Below, piece after piece: positions 47,355 to 56,370 of a DNA stretch of 64,000 nucleotides (its first letter is position 1; each line of letters opens with the position of its first letter). The stretch lies in the IMG/VR virus record IMGVR_UViG_3300011113_000415; one strand, 5' to 3'. The stretch is from a virus (Duplodnaviria > Caudoviricetes). The position numbers and the translations under genes are program-made. The notes under the pieces are model-generated. The model did not search any database and was not told the DNA's origin. It saw only the letters and a list, made by a program, of their open reading frames with translations.

Positions 47355-48157
47355 TGCCATCAGAATTGATAACACCGCGTGAGCGAATCCGCCACATAGT
47401 CAAGTGGATCCGTGCCTACGCCCGGAGTGCCAAAATCAGCACTTTGGTGGTGGGAATTTCTGGGGGCATTGATTCTTCAGTAGTTTCTACTTTGTGTGCT
47501 GAGACAGGGCTTGATACCATTGTGGTTCAAATGCCCATTCGTCAAAATCGCCGACTGGACAATCGCAGTAGTATGCAGGCTGGATGGTTGCTGGAACGCT
47601 ACAAAAACGTTAGGCACATGAGCATGGACTTGACCCCGGTGTTTACTGCCTTTGAAAAAAAGGTTGGACCGTTTTGTAGCCTAGAGCAAGAGCCCAATGC
47701 AAACGAACAACTGGCATTTGCCAACTCACGTGCTAGACTACGCATGATGACCCTGTACCAAATTGCTCAAAGTCATGGCGGTATTGTTGTGGGCACAGGC
47801 AACCGGGTAGAAGACTTTGGTGTGGGCTTTTTTACCAAGTACGGTGACGGTGGCGTGGACATCAGCCCTATAGGCGATTGCTTAAAAACCGATGTGTGGG
47901 CTATGGGCCGTGAACTGGGTTTAAATCGAGAAATCATTGATGCTGAACCCACTGACGGACTTTGGGATGATGGTCGTACCGATGAGGGGCAACTGGGCAT
48001 GACCTATCCAGAACTAGAAGCAGCCATGGTCATGGATACTGGCCTCGCCGAAGCCATTACCAAGCAACAAAAGGCCAATCTCAAACACTATCAAAAAATA
48101 CGTGCTCGGAATCTGCACAAAATGGAACCTATTCCGGTTTGTAAATTTGACTGGTAA
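47330..48157 (+). CDS. nadE: NH3-dependent NAD+ synthetase
   Basis: GISGGIDS, NSRARLRM, GTGN, FTKYGDGG, PTDGLW. Confidence 0.95.
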   Translation: MEKTKSNLVPSELITPRERIRHIVKWIRAYARSAKISTLVVGISGGIDSSVVSTLCAETGLDTIVVQMPIRQNRRLDNRSSMQAGWLLERYKNVRHMSMDLTPVFTAFEKKVGPFCSLEQEPNANEQLAFANSRARLRMMTLYQIAQSHGGIVVGTGNRVEDFGVGFFTKYGDGGVDISPIGDCLKTDVWAMGRELGLNREIIDAEPTDGLWDDGRTDEGQLGMTYPELEAAMVMDTGLAEAITKQQKANLKHYQKIRARNLHKMEPIPVCKFDW

Positions 48158-48238
48158 ACTACGCCGTTTACTCAAAAATGGCACCTTTTTTGCCCGGTCT
48201 TCGGCGGGTTTGCAATATAGTGAGTAAGTAAAACTACC

Positions 48239-48814
48239 ATGAAAGCACAAGTAAACTATATCAGCGATCAATTGGTGATTTGGAGTTCGCGAGCCTTTAG
48301 ACTGGCAGGACTTTGGATTGTGGCCCTGGCGGTAATTGCTGTTTGCAATCATCGCCTGAGTCAACTGCGATCGGGTGTGGAAGCCATGCCAGCAGGATAT
48401 GTCACAGCCGCAGAAAAAATTCGCCAACTGGATTGTCTCACACGCAACATCTACTGGGAAGCCGCATCAGAGCCTTTTGAGGGCAAAGTTGCTGTGGCCC
48501 AGGTCACAATGAATAGACTGGCCACTGGACGCTTTGGCGATTCAGTGTGCGGTGTAATCTATCAAAAAAACATATTCTATGAACGAGTAATCTGCCAGTT
48601 TTCGTGGGTGTGCGAGAACACACACCGTATCAAACCTGTGTATGCTCCACTGTGGGCTGAATCAGAACTGGTAGCCAAAAAAGTCTTGTTGGAAAACTTC
48701 CGTTTACCCGGACTCAAAGAAGCACTTTACTATCACGCAGAATATGTTACCCCGGGCTGGAAGAAGCCCCGAATCGATAAAATTGGTCATCACATCTTTT
48801 ACGGAGAGCGTTAA
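48239..48814 (+). CDS. Cell wall hydrolase (SleB/Hydrolase_2)
   Basis: CLTRNIYWEA, VAQVTMNR, CQFSW, ALYYHA, IGHHIFY. Confidence 0.92.
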   Translation: MKAQVNYISDQLVIWSSRAFRLAGLWIVALAVIAVCNHRLSQLRSGVEAMPAGYVTAAEKIRQLDCLTRNIYWEAASEPFEGKVAVAQVTMNRLATGRFGDSVCGVIYQKNIFYERVICQFSWVCENTHRIKPVYAPLWAESELVAKKVLLENFRLPGLKEALYYHAEYVTPGWKKPRIDKIGHHIFYGER

Positions 48815-49128
48815 TGCCTTTCAAATTTCCGGTCACCATAGTAGCCATACGGGATTATCTCAACAACAGCCTGGCTCGACTTTCAGCAGATACCTTGGGT
48901 TGGCTGGCAGCCATTGTGTTGCATTGTGCAACTTTGCCGGCTTTTTTGGCCTTGATGACCGGACTAAGCGATCGCACTCCCAGTCTTGATGTCATACTGT
49001 TTCTTTGGTCGGGCCTGGTTCTCTTGTTTCTGCGGGCAGTGGTACTCCGAGACATCCTGAACATTGTGACCATTGGATTTGGATTCATATTGCAGTCAGG
49101 ATTCATGGCTCTAATCTTGTTCAAATAA
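48814..49128 (+). CDS. Membrane protein
   Basis: Three hydrophobic segments. Confidence 0.7.
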   Translation: MPFKFPVTIVAIRDYLNNSLARLSADTLGWLAAIVLHCATLPAFLALMTGLSDRTPSLDVILFLWSGLVLLFLRAVVLRDILNIVTIGFGFILQSGFMALILFK

Positions 49129-49647
49129 ATGATACCCGAAGAAATTGAAAAGGTGTTGACTGATTGGATGTTCAACTTTGTAGAACAACCCCATCCTGGC
49201 TTGGGCAACTGGCCACCATGTCCATATGCGCGACAGGCAAGAATCAACAATCAAATCAAAATTGTTCACAGTGATCCTGAAAAATTGATAGCCACAGTTG
49301 AACAACAATTGCCCGAGTTGGAACAAAAAGAAGTTGTGGTCGTTTGTTTTGATCACACAAAAATTTCTGCTGAGTACTTGGAAAAACTAATTAAAGAGTA
49401 TAACCAACAAGTGTTGATGGTCCAAAACTATGTGATACTTGAAGATCATCCGGATGCAAAAGAATATGTAAATGGTGTTCATATGAACTTTGGCCATTGC
49501 GGATTACTGATCATACAAAAACTAGATCGACTAACACAAGCAAGTGAACAACTCAAATCAAAAGGTTATTATTATACATGGAACCAGAGTGAACTGGATC
49601 AGGTGGTAACATGGCGAAGTCAATTAAATTTTGCAGAATTGATTTAG
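49129..49647 (+). CDS. DUF1415-like protein
   Basis: W..NFV...LG..PPCPYAR, LEDHP, GYY..W. Confidence 0.55.
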   Translation: MIPEEIEKVLTDWMFNFVEQPHPGLGNWPPCPYARQARINNQIKIVHSDPEKLIATVEQQLPELEQKEVVVVCFDHTKISAEYLEKLIKEYNQQVLMVQNYVILEDHPDAKEYVNGVHMNFGHCGLLIIQKLDRLTQASEQLKSKGYYYTWNQSELDQVVTWRSQLNFAELI

Positions 49648-50051
49648 CAAAAACCAATTATGATCTGTATCCTGATACTGAACAATGGTACTGGGCTAGT
49701 GGGCTAGATCTTTATCAAAAAATATACAAGCAATACTGTGATTATAAAAATTTTCAAAGTGTAATGCCATTGTTTTTGCAACAGTTTCAAGATTCTCGCA
49801 ATGATACACATGTGTATTACAACAATCAAGAAATTGTGGCCTGGAGCCTGTGTCGACGCTGGGACAATTGCAATGCAGAAAGTTTACAGTTTGCTTGGAA
49901 TTATCGAGAGCCTGAACTAGAACTAGGCCGCCGCAGTCTTGAACACGAATGTGCTTACTACAAAAAAATGGGTTATGAGTACCTGTATCTAGGTCAAGTG
50001 GCCGAATACAAAACAAATTTTGATGGCTACGAAGAACTGGGGACACTGTAA
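49611..50051 (+). CDS. Arg/Leu-tRNA-protein transferase C-terminal-like (ATE/Bpt) GNAT protein
   Basis: LYQKIYKQY, AWNY...LG..SL..E...GYEYLYLG...YK..F..YEEL. Confidence 0.6.
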   Translation: MAKSIKFCRIDLAKTNYDLYPDTEQWYWASGLDLYQKIYKQYCDYKNFQSVMPLFLQQFQDSRNDTHVYYNNQEIVAWSLCRRWDNCNAESLQFAWNYREPELELGRRSLEHECAYYKKMGYEYLYLGQVAEYKTNFDGYEELGTL

Positions 50052-50383
50052 TGGATTTATACACAATTTGGGCGGACAAACAAGGTGACATCTCTGACTT
50101 TGAATGGGTCAACGGCATGAAGAGTTTCTTTGACCACCTAATCTTAGAAGGTCGAATGGAGTCATATAGAATCACTAGATGCAAGATGGGATTCCGTTCA
50201 ATAGCCGACATGCCTGAGTGGATGATTATTATGGAGTTTAAAGACATGGGCCAAATGGATTCGGCATTCCGTAGAGTGGCCCCGCTGGAAGGCGAATTGG
50301 AAGAGAAACACCGTAGTTTCAACCAGTTTGTGTCGGGCAACATACAACACGCTCTATTCAGAGATTGGCCCGATCAGTTCTAA
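50051..50383 (+). CDS. DUF6614-like small protein
   Basis: YTIW...FFDHL...RCKMGFRS..MPEW.IIMEF; tentative. Confidence 0.55.
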   Translation: MDLYTIWADKQGDISDFEWVNGMKSFFDHLILEGRMESYRITRCKMGFRSIADMPEWMIIMEFKDMGQMDSAFRRVAPLEGELEEKHRSFNQFVSGNIQHALFRDWPDQF

Positions 50384-50426
50384 TACCATAGTATTACTTG
50401 ACTACAAAAGCCCAATGTGCTATAAT
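50380..50426 (+). promoter_or_regulatory. Palindrome plus early promoter
   Basis: CTAATAC-CATA-GTATTAC; TTGACT-17-TATAAT. Confidence 0.8.
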
Positions 50427-50431
50427 AAGGC

Positions 50432-50659
50432 ATGTTTAAGACAACCAAACACACATACAAAACTTTGCGTCCGCGAGACCCAGGTTTTGCTTTTACCCTA
50501 AATGGCGTCTCTGTAGTGCCACGTGCTGGCTTTGAAATCTCTTCGGCATGTCCTCAAAATTATCGTGAGATAATCGCCGAGTGCATCAATCACGGCTGGC
50601 TCAAGCCAGTTGCCCACATGCGAGACACTGAATATACCATGGAATTACTGTGCCGATGA
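50432..50659 (+). CDS. Hypothetical protein
   Basis: ATG 5 nt after -10. Confidence 0.7.
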   Translation: MFKTTKHTYKTLRPRDPGFAFTLNGVSVVPRAGFEISSACPQNYREIIAECINHGWLKPVAHMRDTEYTMELLCR

Positions 50660-50877
50660 AACTGTGCCCTGACTGTGACGAGCGAGCCCTGTGCTGTGAT
50701 CACTGTGCATACTTCAACTTCAATGGAGATAGTGACGGTGCCTACACTGGCAACGGCTGGTGTCGCTTGCACAAACGAGCAGAAGACCCGGCCAGTCTAT
50801 GTGACGAGTATTTTTGTTTCCAACTGTTAGCAAAGGACGCACCCAATGAGCATGCATCTACACCATCCCAGTCTTAG
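50656..50877 (+). CDS. Cys-rich small protein
   Basis: CPDC, CCDHC, WC, LCDEYFC. Confidence 0.6.
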   Translation: MKLCPDCDERALCCDHCAYFNFNGDSDGAYTGNGWCRLHKRAEDPASLCDEYFCFQLLAKDAPNEHASTPSQS

Positions 50878-51235
50878 TCTCAACGGTCGTAAAAAAGGCA
50901 AGGTCAAGTTTCGTAATGCAGACGAGGCTCGCAAGGCACGTGAACTAGATACCTCGTGGAAAGAATTAAAAAAGAAGTGGGACGTGGACGCTGAAGAAAA
51001 GCGCCGCAGTCGTGCTATGAAGGCAGAGCCGCTGAGTTACAAATTGACCACTCCTGTTGGTCGTAGCACCGCGCACATTCCCAGCCTGTCAACTCCAGGC
51101 GGATCCACTGCACCTGTCTACAAAGTGTATACAGGTACCAAGGTCAAAGGTATTGCTACCATGCACAAGTCAAATGCTGTGCCTGTGTTCTCAGACGAAG
51201 AAGCAGTAGAAATTTCCAGAATGCGTCGTGGATAA
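50846..51235 (+). CDS. Basic hypothetical protein
   Basis: YTGTKVKGIATMHKSNAVPVF. Confidence 0.75.
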   Translation: MSMHLHHPSLSLNGRKKGKVKFRNADEARKARELDTSWKELKKKWDVDAEEKRRSRAMKAEPLSYKLTTPVGRSTAHIPSLSTPGGSTAPVYKVYTGTKVKGIATMHKSNAVPVFSDEEAVEISRMRRG

Positions 51236-51237
51236 TT

Positions 51238-51462
51238 ATGATCTCTGCCAGCGTTCAACTAAATCATCCAAAACAACGCAACAAGTGGATTGACGAAAGT
51301 CCAATAAATCGGTGGTTGGTAGACAATGTTGGCGTTCATGCTGAATTTAGAGACCTAGTAGATGAATCGCGTCCTTGGCATGTGGATCATGAACAAGATT
51401 ATCTTAAGTATCATTTTGCTAGAGAGCAAGATGCCATGATGTTTGCACTTAAATGGAAATGA
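51238..51462 (+). CDS. Small F-x-L-K-W family protein
   Basis: YHFAREQDAMMFALKWK. Confidence 0.7.
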   Translation: MISASVQLNHPKQRNKWIDESPINRWLVDNVGVHAEFRDLVDESRPWHVDHEQDYLKYHFAREQDAMMFALKWK

Positions 51463-51719
51463 AAAACTTGTACTCCGCACCCGAAGCCAGACTGGACACT
51501 ATACTAGGCGAGGTCTCTTTTTGGGCACAGATGCAACGATGCAGAACATCCGAAGAGGGTGAGAAGAATTGTACCACAGGCGCAGACACAATCACATGGT
51601 TTAGGGACACTTGGGGAATACAACTGCTACCCTCGGATGATACCATATTTGGATTCCAGCGTGGAGTCAACATTGTGGATGAGCAGAAGTACATGATATT
51701 TTTATTAAAGTGGGCATGA
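51459..51719 (+). CDS. Small F-x-L-K-W family protein
   Basis: IVDEQKYMIFLLKWA. Confidence 0.7.
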   Translation: MKNLYSAPEARLDTILGEVSFWAQMQRCRTSEEGEKNCTTGADTITWFRDTWGIQLLPSDDTIFGFQRGVNIVDEQKYMIFLLKWA

Positions 51720-51937
51720 CAGATTTTGAACAACGATTTCCCTTTAAGGGTAAAACCTTATGTCTGCATGAAGATGTAGTTTCATGGTTAGAAACCCACG
51801 TAGGCAAGTTTGATCATGATTGGTATCGATATGGAACAGACATAGCAATGGGTATTGTTGCCGGTGCACCTCTGTGTGATTACTATAGATTTCGCACTGA
51901 GGAGTCGGCTGTATTGTTTGCCTTGAAGTGGTCATGA
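51716..51937 (+). CDS. Small F-x-L-K-W family protein
   Basis: YRFRTEESAVLFALKWS. Confidence 0.7.
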   Translation: MTDFEQRFPFKGKTLCLHEDVVSWLETHVGKFDHDWYRYGTDIAMGIVAGAPLCDYYRFRTEESAVLFALKWS

Positions 51938-53079
51938 ACAATTGGTATTGTCCTTTACCATTTAAACATGCCTTTGTTGACAGCACCGGGGTGGCTGTGT
52001 GTTGCAAAGCGCCAAGGCAATCAATTGATTTAGATCAATGGGCTAATAGCGAACATGTCAAAAACATACAACGACAAATGCTTAGTGGACAGATACCACC
52101 GATATGCCAAAGTTGCGTAAACGAAGAAAAAATAACCGGACGAAGTTTGAGAACTGACAGTCAGCAAGATTACAACTATGAAAGATTTGTTGAAACTGCC
52201 ATTGATTTTGTTGACTATCGAGCCAACAACATCTGCAATTTCAAATGCCGAAGTTGCTTTCCTAAATTCAGTCATGGCATTGACAACGAAACAAAAAATA
52301 GTACTGTGCTTCAAAAATTTTATCAACCCACCAGCACAAAGATTGTCACAGTCAATGATGCTAATACTGAATGGATTGCCGACAACTTGCATCAAATCAA
52401 ACGCCTGATGCTGACCGGTGGTGAACCCACACGCATGCCCAAGATCAAAAGTATTGTGGAACAGATTGTGTACGACAAATTGGATACTCAAATCTTAATC
52501 ACTACCAATGGCAGTTTTGAAGATGACTTTTGGTATGAACTCACTAGACTGCATGACAATCTGCACTGGACTGTGAGTTTGGATGCAGTGGGATCTGCAG
52601 CCGAAATCATTCGGCATGGAACTGATTGGAAGATTGTAGAAGCCAATGCTAAATGGTTGGCTTCGCATTCGTCCAGCATGAATGTCAATACAACTGTGAC
52701 TCATTTGAATATCTTACAACTTGGATCATTGTTAAAATTTGTAAAAGAACTTCAAAAGGAAAGCATATATCCAAGAGGCCGACATGGTGCTAATGGTATA
52801 AGGCATCAGTTTGCTATAACACCGAATCCACCCCAGTTATCGATAGATTGCTTGCCAGCAGATCTTAAAGCCAAAGCAATCATTCATTTAGAAAATTGCC
52901 TTGCACTGGATCTTGACGCCGAGCAAAAACAAACCATTAAAGGATTATTGACACATTTGAAACAAGTGAACTTTAATTCATTGTATTGGCAACGCAGTTC
53001 GGAATTCAATCAAGAGTTAGATCGTATTCGAGGAGAAAACTACATGGAATTGTATGAAGAAAAAACGTTTATTAACTGA
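51934..53079 (+). CDS. Radical SAM protein
   Basis: CNFKCRSC, TGGEP; N-terminal CPLPF Cys cluster. Confidence 0.88.
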   Translation: MNNWYCPLPFKHAFVDSTGVAVCCKAPRQSIDLDQWANSEHVKNIQRQMLSGQIPPICQSCVNEEKITGRSLRTDSQQDYNYERFVETAIDFVDYRANNICNFKCRSCFPKFSHGIDNETKNSTVLQKFYQPTSTKIVTVNDANTEWIADNLHQIKRLMLTGGEPTRMPKIKSIVEQIVYDKLDTQILITTNGSFEDDFWYELTRLHDNLHWTVSLDAVGSAAEIIRHGTDWKIVEANAKWLASHSSSMNVNTTVTHLNILQLGSLLKFVKELQKESIYPRGRHGANGIRHQFAITPNPPQLSIDCLPADLKAKAIIHLENCLALDLDAEQKQTIKGLLTHLKQVNFNSLYWQRSSEFNQELDRIRGENYMELYEEKTFIN

Positions 53080-53092
53080 TAGAGGAGCAGGA

Positions 53093-53515
53093 ATGCAATT
53101 AAGTAACGATCCATTTGAACCATTCAATCCCGACCTGTGGGAAAAACAAGAAGTTGTGCGACTGTTGAAAGGCGCACCAGGTACCCAGTATCAAGAAGCC
53201 AATGACACAGAAAAAACTGTGATTCGAGATTGGGTGCGTAGTCTTTTGCAGAATGGCCGAATCACAGTGACCTTTGTCAAATCAGACGGTTCAGTGAGAG
53301 ACATGCTGTGTACTCTGGATCACAATTTGATCCCGCCAAGACCGGTTGTACCGCAAAGAGCCGACAGCGTGGATGGCATTGTACGTGAAAGTCGAAAACC
53401 GCGTAAAGAACCAGATCCGCATAGCCTGCGAGTGTTTGATTTGGAAAAGCAAGAGTGGCGCAGTTTCCGTTTTGATCGCCTGCAAAAGGTTACTGCTACC
53501 TTGGATTTCCAATAA
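53093..53515 (+). CDS. WYL-like/SH3-fold phage protein
   Basis: [17 protein letters not shown]...[15 protein letters not shown]. Confidence 0.75.
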   Translation: MQLSNDPFEPFNPDLWEKQEVVRLLKGAPGTQYQEANDTEKTVIRDWVRSLLQNGRITVTFVKSDGSVRDMLCTLDHNLIPPRPVVPQRADSVDGIVRESRKPRKEPDPHSLRVFDLEKQEWRSFRFDRLQKVTATLDFQ

Positions 53516-53525
53516 GTACTTGCTT

Positions 53526-53744
53526 ATGGCCAAAGAGGATATTATCAACATGGAAGGACGAGTAGAAGAAGTGCTACCCGCCGCCATGTTTCGTGTAAAA
53601 TTAGATAATCTTGAAAAACTAGTTCTAGCGCATCTTTCGGGCCGTATGAGAAAAAACAATATCAAAGTTCTTTTGGGTGACAGAGTTGAAATGGAATTTT
53701 CACCCTATGACTTGACCAAAGGGCGTATAGTTCGTAGAAAATAA
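53526..53744 (+). CDS. infA: Translation initiation factor IF-1
   Basis: [18 protein letters not shown]...[12 protein letters not shown]...GDRV...[10 protein letters not shown]. Confidence 0.97.
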   Translation: MAKEDIINMEGRVEEVLPAAMFRVKLDNLEKLVLAHLSGRMRKNNIKVLLGDRVEMEFSPYDLTKGRIVRRK

Positions 53745-53751
53745 ATACAAC

Positions 53752-54294
53752 ATGCGTGAACATATCAACCTCGTGGAAGCAACAACTCGTCCGGCCAAAC
53801 TGGAAACAACTCCTTTGCCCTATGGACAGGATGATCTAAACCCTGTGCTGAGTAGGGAAAGCATAAACTATCACTATGAGCACCTGGCCAAAGGCTATGC
53901 CAAAAGATATAATGAAGGCGAAGGCGATGCAGATTTCAATCGCGCCGGCAGTTTCTTACACAATAAGTTTTTCCCACAACTACAACCCCCAAAGGGAACC
54001 AATCGCCCACGTGGCGCAGTACTGGAACTGATTGAGCGCAAATTCAAAAGTTACGAAAACTTCCAGGACGAAGTCAAAAAAACAGCCATGAAGATCCAAG
54101 GCTCAGGCTGGGTATATTTGAGTACTGGCGGCGAAATCAAAACCATCCGGAACCATGCAGTACGTACAGATATATGCGTACTTATTGACTGGTGGGAACA
54201 TGTTTGGGCAACAGATTACCAGTGGGACAAAGAAAAGTATCTGGACAACATCTGGCGCATCATCAACTGGGACGTTTGTTCTGATAGATTATAA
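53752..54294 (+). CDS. sod: Fe/Mn superoxide dismutase
   Basis: LPY, YHY..H, HN.FF, GSGW, DWWEH ligand motifs. Confidence 0.9.
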   Translation: MREHINLVEATTRPAKLETTPLPYGQDDLNPVLSRESINYHYEHLAKGYAKRYNEGEGDADFNRAGSFLHNKFFPQLQPPKGTNRPRGAVLELIERKFKSYENFQDEVKKTAMKIQGSGWVYLSTGGEIKTIRNHAVRTDICVLIDWWEHVWATDYQWDKEKYLDNIWRIINWDVCSDRL

Positions 54295-54306
54295 ACTGGG
54301 TATATT

Positions 54307-54627
54307 ATGAAACTGGAATCTGGAGCAGTAGAAAAACTACGCGAATTAATTGCCGAAGAAGGCAATCCTGATCTCATGCTGAGAGTGTTTGTGCAAGGTG
54401 GCGGATGCTCGGGCATGCAGTATGGATTTACTTTTGATGAAGTCAAGAACGAAGATGACTTTGATTTTGCCTACGATGAAGTAAAAGTCCTAGTTGATTC
54501 CATGAGCATGCAGTATCTGCAAGGCGCTAGTATTAACTATAAAGATGATATCATGGGATCAAGTTTTGTAATTAACAATCCCAATGCGCAAACCTCGTGC
54601 GGTTGCGGATCCAGTTTCTCCATTTAA
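54307..54627 (+). CDS. erpA: A-type Fe-S carrier (ErpA/IscA/HesB)
   Basis: [30 protein letters not shown]. Confidence 0.92.
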   Translation: MKLESGAVEKLRELIAEEGNPDLMLRVFVQGGGCSGMQYGFTFDEVKNEDDFDFAYDEVKVLVDSMSMQYLQGASINYKDDIMGSSFVINNPNAQTSCGCGSSFSI

Positions 54628-54681
54628 CACCCAAACACATAGACCTGCTCTGCCGCTAAATACAGCAGAGGACACAGATCT

Positions 54682-56370
54682 ATGGCTCAAGAAATAATCA
54701 ACGTAGGACCCGCCCCTAATGACGGCTTGGGCGACCCGTTACGCACAGCGTTTATCAAAACCAACAACAATTTCAATCAACTTTTTGCCACAGCAGGTAT
54801 CACAGGCATTGCCAATGGCACCAGTAATATACAAATTCCTGTGGCAAACGGCAACGTAAACATTTCTTCAGCAGGTGCCTCAAATGTACTGATAGTATCG
54901 GGTACAGGTATTTACAGTACTGGCACGCTTAATGCCACGGGTTTGGCCACACTCAGCAACCTCAGCGTAACAGGCACTGTGATTAGCACAGGAACCATTC
55001 AAGGTCTAGGAGATGTTACTGCGGTAAATGTTACAGGTACTGGAAATTTGACTGGTGCATATATCATAGGTGACGGTGGTTATTTGAGCAACATAACTGC
55101 TGTCAGCAATCTGGCGGTAACACTTATTGCAAATGGCACAACCAGTATCAGTATAGATGGATCCGGTGGCAATGGTATTGTTAGTGTAGGCGGTGTGGCC
55201 AACATAGCAGTGTTTAGAACCACAGGTGAATATATCACAGGTGTGTTGAGTGCTAGTGGCAATGTCACAGGTGGTAATTTACGCACAGGTGGATTGATCA
55301 GCGCAACTGGTTCAATAGGTACTGATGCCACACTCAGCGCCACCGGCAACATTACCGGCGGCAATGTAGTTGTAAATGGATTGATAACAGCCACAGGCAA
55401 CGTATCAGGCGGCAACATACTTACTGCTGGATTAATTTCTGCCGCTGGCAATGTATCGGGCAATTATTTCATAGGCAACGGTAGTCAACTCACAGGTATC
55501 GCCAGTCCTTATGGTAACTCAAATGTGGCTGCCTTTTTGGCAGCATTTGGTTCCAATACTGTTAGTACCACTGGCACTGTTACAACAGGCAACATCACTA
55601 GTGGTAATATACTGACTGGTGGCTTGATTTCGGCCACCGGCAATATTACAGGTGGTAATATAACTTTAGACACATCGGTGGGTAACATGTATGGACATGA
55701 CGTGTCAGCCACAGGTGGAATTTACACAGGCGGAGTTGTAAGTGCCACAGGCAATGTGCGAGGTGGTAATGTAAACACTGGAGGTCTGGTAACTGCCACT
55801 GGTAACATTACAGGTGGGAACATTGTCACAGCAGGTGTGGTCAGTGCCACAGGCAATTTGTTTGGTAATGTATTGAGTGTAAATTCTGGCAACACTGCCA
55901 CAGCCATTGTCAATGCTGGCGGTAATGCTGTGGGCAATATTGGATCTTCCAGCAACTATTTCAACCAAGTTTTTGCTCAGGCCACCACAGCACTCTACGC
56001 TGACTTGGCCGAAATGTATTCAGCAGATGCTGACTACGCTCCAGGCACTGTTGTGAGTTTTGGCGGCGAAAAAGAAATCACAAGATCCTCACTAGAGGGT
56101 GATCCAAGAGTGGCTGGTGTCATATCAGAAAAGCCCAGTTACTTGATGAATTCAGGACTTGAAGCAGAACATCCAGCCGCAGTGGCCTTGACTGGTCGCG
56201 TGCCTACACTGGTAATAGGCCCTGTGGCCAAAGGTGACATGATGATCAGTGCCGGTAACGGTTGGGCACGAGCCAGCGCAACACCTGCAATAGGCACTGT
56301 AATTGGCAAGGCACTAAAAAACTTTGATGGTGATTCAGGCATAATTGAAATTGTTGTAGGAAGACAGTAA
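54682..56370 (+). CDS. Tail fibre/baseplate-attached protein with degenerate repeats and C-terminal Peptidase_G2-like domain
   Basis: N-terminal NDGLGDPLRTAF (gp9/10-like); ~17 aa SATGN(I/V)TGGN repeats; ADLAEMY...VALTGRVP...GTVIGKAL. Confidence 0.8.
   Translation: MAQEIINVGPAPNDGLGDPLRTAFIKTNNNFNQLFATAGITGIANGTSNIQIPVANGNVNISSAGASNVLIVSGTGIYSTGTLNATGLATLSNLSVTGTVISTGTIQGLGDVTAVNVTGTGNLTGAYIIGDGGYLSNITAVSNLAVTLIANGTTSISIDGSGGNGIVSVGGVANIAVFRTTGEYITGVLSASGNVTGGNLRTGGLISATGSIGTDATLSATGNITGGNVVVNGLITATGNVSGGNILTAGLISAAGNVSGNYFIGNGSQLTGIASPYGNSNVAAFLAAFGSNTVSTTGTVTTGNITSGNILTGGLISATGNITGGNITLDTSVGNMYGHDVSATGGIYTGGVVSATGNVRGGNVNTGGLVTATGNITGGNIVTAGVVSATGNLFGNVLSVNSGNTATAIVNAGGNAVGNIGSSSNYFNQVFAQATTALYADLAEMYSADADYAPGTVVSFGGEKEITRSSLEGDPRVAGVISEKPSYLMNSGLEAEHPAAVALTGRVPTLVIGPVAKGDMMISAGNGWARASATPAIGTVIGKALKNFDGDSGIIEIVVGRQ

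Noticed and set aside
49696-50343. 215 aa minus-strand ORF
   Set aside because: Antisense shadow of two well-formed plus-strand genes; no SD or motif
55200-55900. Repeats in the fibre gene as VNTR, CRISPR or DGR target
   Set aside because: Degenerate at DNA level, conserved only as an amino-acid repeat; no reverse transcriptase or template repeat in the window
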